A stretch of 64,000 nt of DNA from Pseudomonadota bacterium (GTDB taxonomy: Archaea; Thermoplasmatota; SW-10-69-26; JACQPN01; JAJPHT01). Positions 61,501 through 64,000 of the stretch are shown here, in pieces (within the stretch, counting starts at the first letter, position 1; every line of letters begins with the position of its first letter). The notes under the pieces are model-generated. The model made no database searches, was not told where the DNA came from, and saw nothing but the letters and a program-made list of their open reading frames with translations. Location: contig JAJPHT010000014.1 of the NCBI GenBank assembly GCA_021325135.1, forward strand, positions 32,001-96,000, in the 5' to 3' direction. The translations under genes and the position numbers were made by a program.

Positions 61501-64000
61501 CCACTGGGTGACGTACCAGTACCCGCACCAGACGCACTCCATCTTCCACCTCTCGCAGCTCGACGGCGTGAACCTCACCGGACGCACCGTCCGCTTCGGG
61601 TTCCACACCACCGCCTCCATCCAGACCGGCTCGGCCGCGTTCACCGGCGCCGTCTGGAGCGTCGGCAACGTCCGCGTCACACCCGTCTCCCGCTTCGCCA
61701 TCGACGGCGCCATCGAGAGCGTCTCGCCCGTCGTGCCCTACGACTGGCAGGCCATCGGCGTCGGCCCCGGCACCAAGGTGCCCGTGAACGTCACCGTGCG
61801 CAACGCGGGCATCTTCACGCAGCACTTCGTCGTGAACCTCACCACGAGCCTCTTCAACGGCGCCGACCTGCCCAGCCAGCCCCCCGTGGACCTGGGCTTC
61901 CTCGCCCCCGGGGAGGAGCGATCCGCGCTCATCGACTGGGACGTGCCCCTGGGCGAGGGCGTGGCCTACCAGCTCAAGGCGAAGGTCGTCCCCGCCGAGG
62001 AGTCGGTCCTCGACGAGAACCCCTACAACGACCGTCTCATCCTCGGCTCGGAGGGCAACCTCGTCGCGAAAACGCACGCCGACGTGGGCCTCTCCACGCT
62101 GGTCTTCCCCGCCAAGGGCCGCGCCTCGCTGGCGCGCTACATCCCCATCGTCGTCCAGAACAACGGCAACGTCCCCGTGGACGGCCTGCGCATCACGCGC
62201 CAGCTGGAGCGCATCGACGGCGGGAGCCACCAGCTCCTCTCGCAGACCACGTGGAGCCTCGCCGACCCTCTCCCCCCCGACCCGGCGGGGGCGCCCTTCC
62301 AGACGCTCCACCCCTCGCCCGCGGTCCAGCTCGCCGACCTCTTCGTGACGCCCGGCGACACCGGCGACTACGTGGCCACCCTCACGCTCGAGACGGGCGC
62401 CGCCGACGACGCGAACCCCGGCGACAACACCCGCGTGCTGAGCTACACCGCGACGGAGCCCCTCGCCTCGGACAGCTTCGAAGGCTCCACCCTGCGCTGG
62501 AACGTCAGCGACCCCAACGTCTGGGGCCTTGGCGAAGGCTTCCGCAGCGCGCAGGGCCTCGAGGCCGCCAACAAGACCAGCGGCGCCATCCCGCCCCTCA
62601 CCGACGCCTGGGCCGTGAGCCCCCCCATCCCGCTCTCGCGCGCCAAGAACGCCGTCGTCAACCTCTTCGCCAAGTACGACCTGGAGAAGGGGTACGACGG
62701 CCTCCGCATGGAGGTCAGCAACGACAACGGCACGACGTGGTACCCCGTCGACCCCATGAACCCGGACGGCACCCAGGGGAGCTACCCCGGCAACGTCTCC
62801 AGCGCGAACCCCCTCTCCACCGGGCCCGAGGACCAGCCCCAGGTCTTCACCGGCGACTCGCACGACGCCCCCGTCTCGCTGGACGGCTGGGTCCCCCTCT
62901 CGTTCAACCTCCTGCGCGTCCCGCAGCTCTCGCAGGCGGTGAGCTTCCGCGACCTCACCCCGCCCGACCCCTTCCTGCCCACCGACCTCGTGCACACCGG
63001 CAACGCATACGTCGCTCCCTCCATGGTCCTCGACCCCTCCATCCCGGATGGCGGAGGCCAGTGGGAGATCCGCAACGAGACCGGCCAGGTCTTCGCCCAG
63101 CACGGCGACCTCTGGTGGAGCGGCAACGCGACGGGCGTCGCCAAGCTCACCCGCGACTTCACCGTCAGCCGGCTCGATCCCCGGGACAACCTCACCCTCC
63201 AATGGTGGGACTGGCGCGCGGGCACCCACGGCTCCTCGTGGAAGGGCGTCGGCGCCAACTACGTCGTCAACGCGACGCAGGAAGGCAGCGACGGGCCGGG
63301 CAGCTACGTCGTCGTCGCAGGTGACATCACCCTCCTGGGCACGAGTGGGGACTGGAACCATCTCCAGCTGCAGATCAAGCCCGAGCTCCTGGACCGCTCC
63401 AAGACTCTCACCATCACCTTCGAGATGGACCCCACCTTCCGCGGCGACGACCGCGGCTGGGCCCTTGACGACATCGCCCTCCTGGCGGGGCGCATCGAGA
63501 ACGGCAAGCTCGTCACCGAGGAGCCCTTCACCGGCCCCAACGAGGACAACGACCACGTCAACTGGGACAGCCACGGTACGTGGACCCGCAGGCAGTCGCT
63601 CCTCGACGCCCCCGCCCCCTGGCGCGTCGAGGTGGAGACGGGCCCCGGCGGCCGCCCCCAGAACCAGTGGAACCTCACCCTGCCCTCCAAGGCCGGGAAC
63701 TTCGACACGCGCCTCGTGACGCCGGTCGTGGATCTCACGGAGCTCGTGGGCGCCCGGGCGGTGCTGCGCATCGACCACAAGTTCGACCTCGCCTTCAACG
63801 AATTCGCCAACAGCTATCAGGGCGGCGTCGTCGAGATCCAGGTCAAGAACCGCACCGGAGCGTGGGACCCGTGGAAGCAGCTCTTCGCCGAGAACGGGGC
63901 GCCCTCCCCGGACCTGCGCATGCGCTCTGACCCTGCGCACATGGACGCGTTCCCCTACAACGCCACCTTCCCCGAGGTGGGCGACAGCTTCCAGCGGTTC
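58553..64000 (+). CDS. Giant secreted protein (>1816 aa, truncated by window) with repeated MAM/InhA-like jelly-roll and CARDB-like domains
   Basis: Absent from ORF track. ATGA overlap, GGAGG upstream; MKIPAHRSALLVLAILLL; WLISPALDL, RLVSPPIPL, WAVSPPIPL, RLVTPVVDL, YDLEKGYDG, GW.LDD; same frame at both ends. Confidence 0.85.
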   Translation, partial: MKIPAHRSALLVLAILLLELVPATSLATMTDPAGVVPVPTTGVPIVDSTREDILAREGAAVAALDALLASKNLSPDTDHLPTSASVMDDHVDPGQRTGGLGDWRVLGAGWRVGAGEGWNGTSGWTMTNASTGKYDTVSSWLISPALDLSAYPLNTGTFPPALDPGNPKGTLDAALNQLCINAPVSQVSIPAFCAPTNGASSEPGLLSTLITLVMRHRYNFPGDLDGGRVVLFDAEPFSSGEPQVLLPLQGSYDPNGVTSLGGTLAFSGYHDWTNESFDLTPWAGKKVWIGFQVATSPLASADPDHFFNPDNFAHEAPYGWQLDDLQVLAPAYPFNLRVESAQGPAFSDGLVPTFAPGEQANVSPSILYAGASPRMTRAELSVTGLGDPIDIKMEKVLQPGEVWKPTVNGTVTDEGSVTLTVNAWNVGPDGNLVLPDPAGPTGGDSSRSFTFPVKLVRDFALNVSTDRAVVDEGAAVVAKANVTNRGNVPLSITLQPDEEGQPLSAVPFSPRVLTVPVGGSNETTWTTASSTRGGHLIHVNATDESGLKKRSDVTYYVHASPPPVFDVPPWPAQGWDDSLTTFPVPPTDSWMWVASAYSPSGQGTDPVLRALPLPGATTSGGRFTDLRLDVRYMATRNKGPAAIELAQPEPIQTSRPAGVGVSVTTPAFWSTTLPVHDPINDVYLSSDSNMSWQEAHLAVDPQESAGYAGVWSANGPELRVIPKMDQGDNSNFSRFFLDDLVLSGVPLGGNEADRVALVHITGAEPYVSPSSTQTGTSLTSSSVTPAQPSICGWENPPAGRTPSNCWRPMSSDSALAADTAPTDLHWRSATGSGAQYLLPDGTPALFSYQAPQGSPQPKAERLVSPPIPLGRIDDPLLTFDHAYYFPGYPADGQQTIPGGYDIFQVGYVEMQYQLDDGTWSHFYRLQPEGGYKSPLGTGLQGQQRLALPTSYQDTDGFHWPGPCLTSLCDSGGYYDNRDAAGHNHWVTYQYPHQTHSIFHLSQLDGVNLTGRTVRFGFHTTASIQTGSAAFTGAVWSVGNVRVTPVSRFAIDGAIESVSPVVPYDWQAIGVGPGTKVPVNVTVRNAGIFTQHFVVNLTTSLFNGADLPSQPPVDLGFLAPGEERSALIDWDVPLGEGVAYQLKAKVVPAEESVLDENPYNDRLILGSEGNLVAKTHADVGLSTLVFPAKGRASLARYIPIVVQNNGNVPVDGLRITRQLERIDGGSHQLLSQTTWSLADPLPPDPAGAPFQTLHPSPAVQLADLFVTPGDTGDYVATLTLETGAADDANPGDNTRVLSYTATEPLASDSFEGSTLRWNVSDPNVWGLGEGFRSAQGLEAANKTSGAIPPLTDAWAVSPPIPLSRAKNAVVNLFAKYDLEKGYDGLRMEVSNDNGTTWYPVDPMNPDGTQGSYPGNVSSANPLSTGPEDQPQVFTGDSHDAPVSLDGWVPLSFNLLRVPQLSQAVSFRDLTPPDPFLPTDLVHTGNAYVAPSMVLDPSIPDGGGQWEIRNETGQVFAQHGDLWWSGNATGVAKLTRDFTVSRLDPRDNLTLQWWDWRAGTHGSSWKGVGANYVVNATQEGSDGPGSYVVVAGDITLLGTSGDWNHLQLQIKPELLDRSKTLTITFEMDPTFRGDDRGWALDDIALLAGRIENGKLVTEEPFTGPNEDNDHVNWDSHGTWTRRQSLLDAPAPWRVEVETGPGGRPQNQWNLTLPSKAGNFDTRLVTPVVDLTELVGARAVLRIDHKFDLAFNEFANSYQGGVVEIQVKNRTGAWDPWKQLFAENGAPSPDLRMRSDPAHMDAFPYNATFPEVGDSFQRF

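Noticed and set aside
48822-63940. Antisense ORFs of 3184 aa and 1865 aa
   Set aside because: Shadow frames of the plus-strand giants caused by GC3 bias; R/G/A-rich with no motifs

Overview
Very GC-rich archaeal chromosome segment, most likely a Thermoplasmatota lineage (inferred from an archaeal class I CCA-adding enzyme, ThpR, UPF0200/UPF0201 proteins, a PGF-pre-PGF protein, an EarA-like regulator and TATA-like boxes about 25 nt before many starts). All family calls come from recognising motifs by eye; no searches were run. Housekeeping and catabolic genes: three acyl-CoA dehydrogenases, biotin carboxylase plus BCCP, a Kef-type antiporter, an OGG1-like glycosylase, RidA, dCMP deaminase, a PfkB kinase, an eIF2B-like protein, two Hsp20s and thioredoxin. 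The cell-surface complement is large: an exosortase+EpsI pair, several proteins with C-terminal sorting signals, five lipoproteins (four beta-propeller-like), and two giant tandem secreted proteins (3222 aa and >1816 aa). Most unusual: (1) a CCA-adding enzyme fused behind a multi-pass PAP2/Aur1-like membrane domain and abutting thpR; (2) a GxxExxY nuclease-like gene inside a ~50-bp inverted repeat containing GAATCNCN octamers, with gene-free hairpins of the same or similar octamers elsewhere, resembling a RAYT/REPIN-type autonomous/non-autonomous pair; (3) a second gene-in-a-hairpin cassette holding an EarA-like wHTH gene behind a perfect 32-bp inverted repeat made of four GTCACGTGAC palindromes. 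No rRNA, tRNA, CRISPR array or transposase was seen. Most long ORFs in the track are GC-rich shadow frames.
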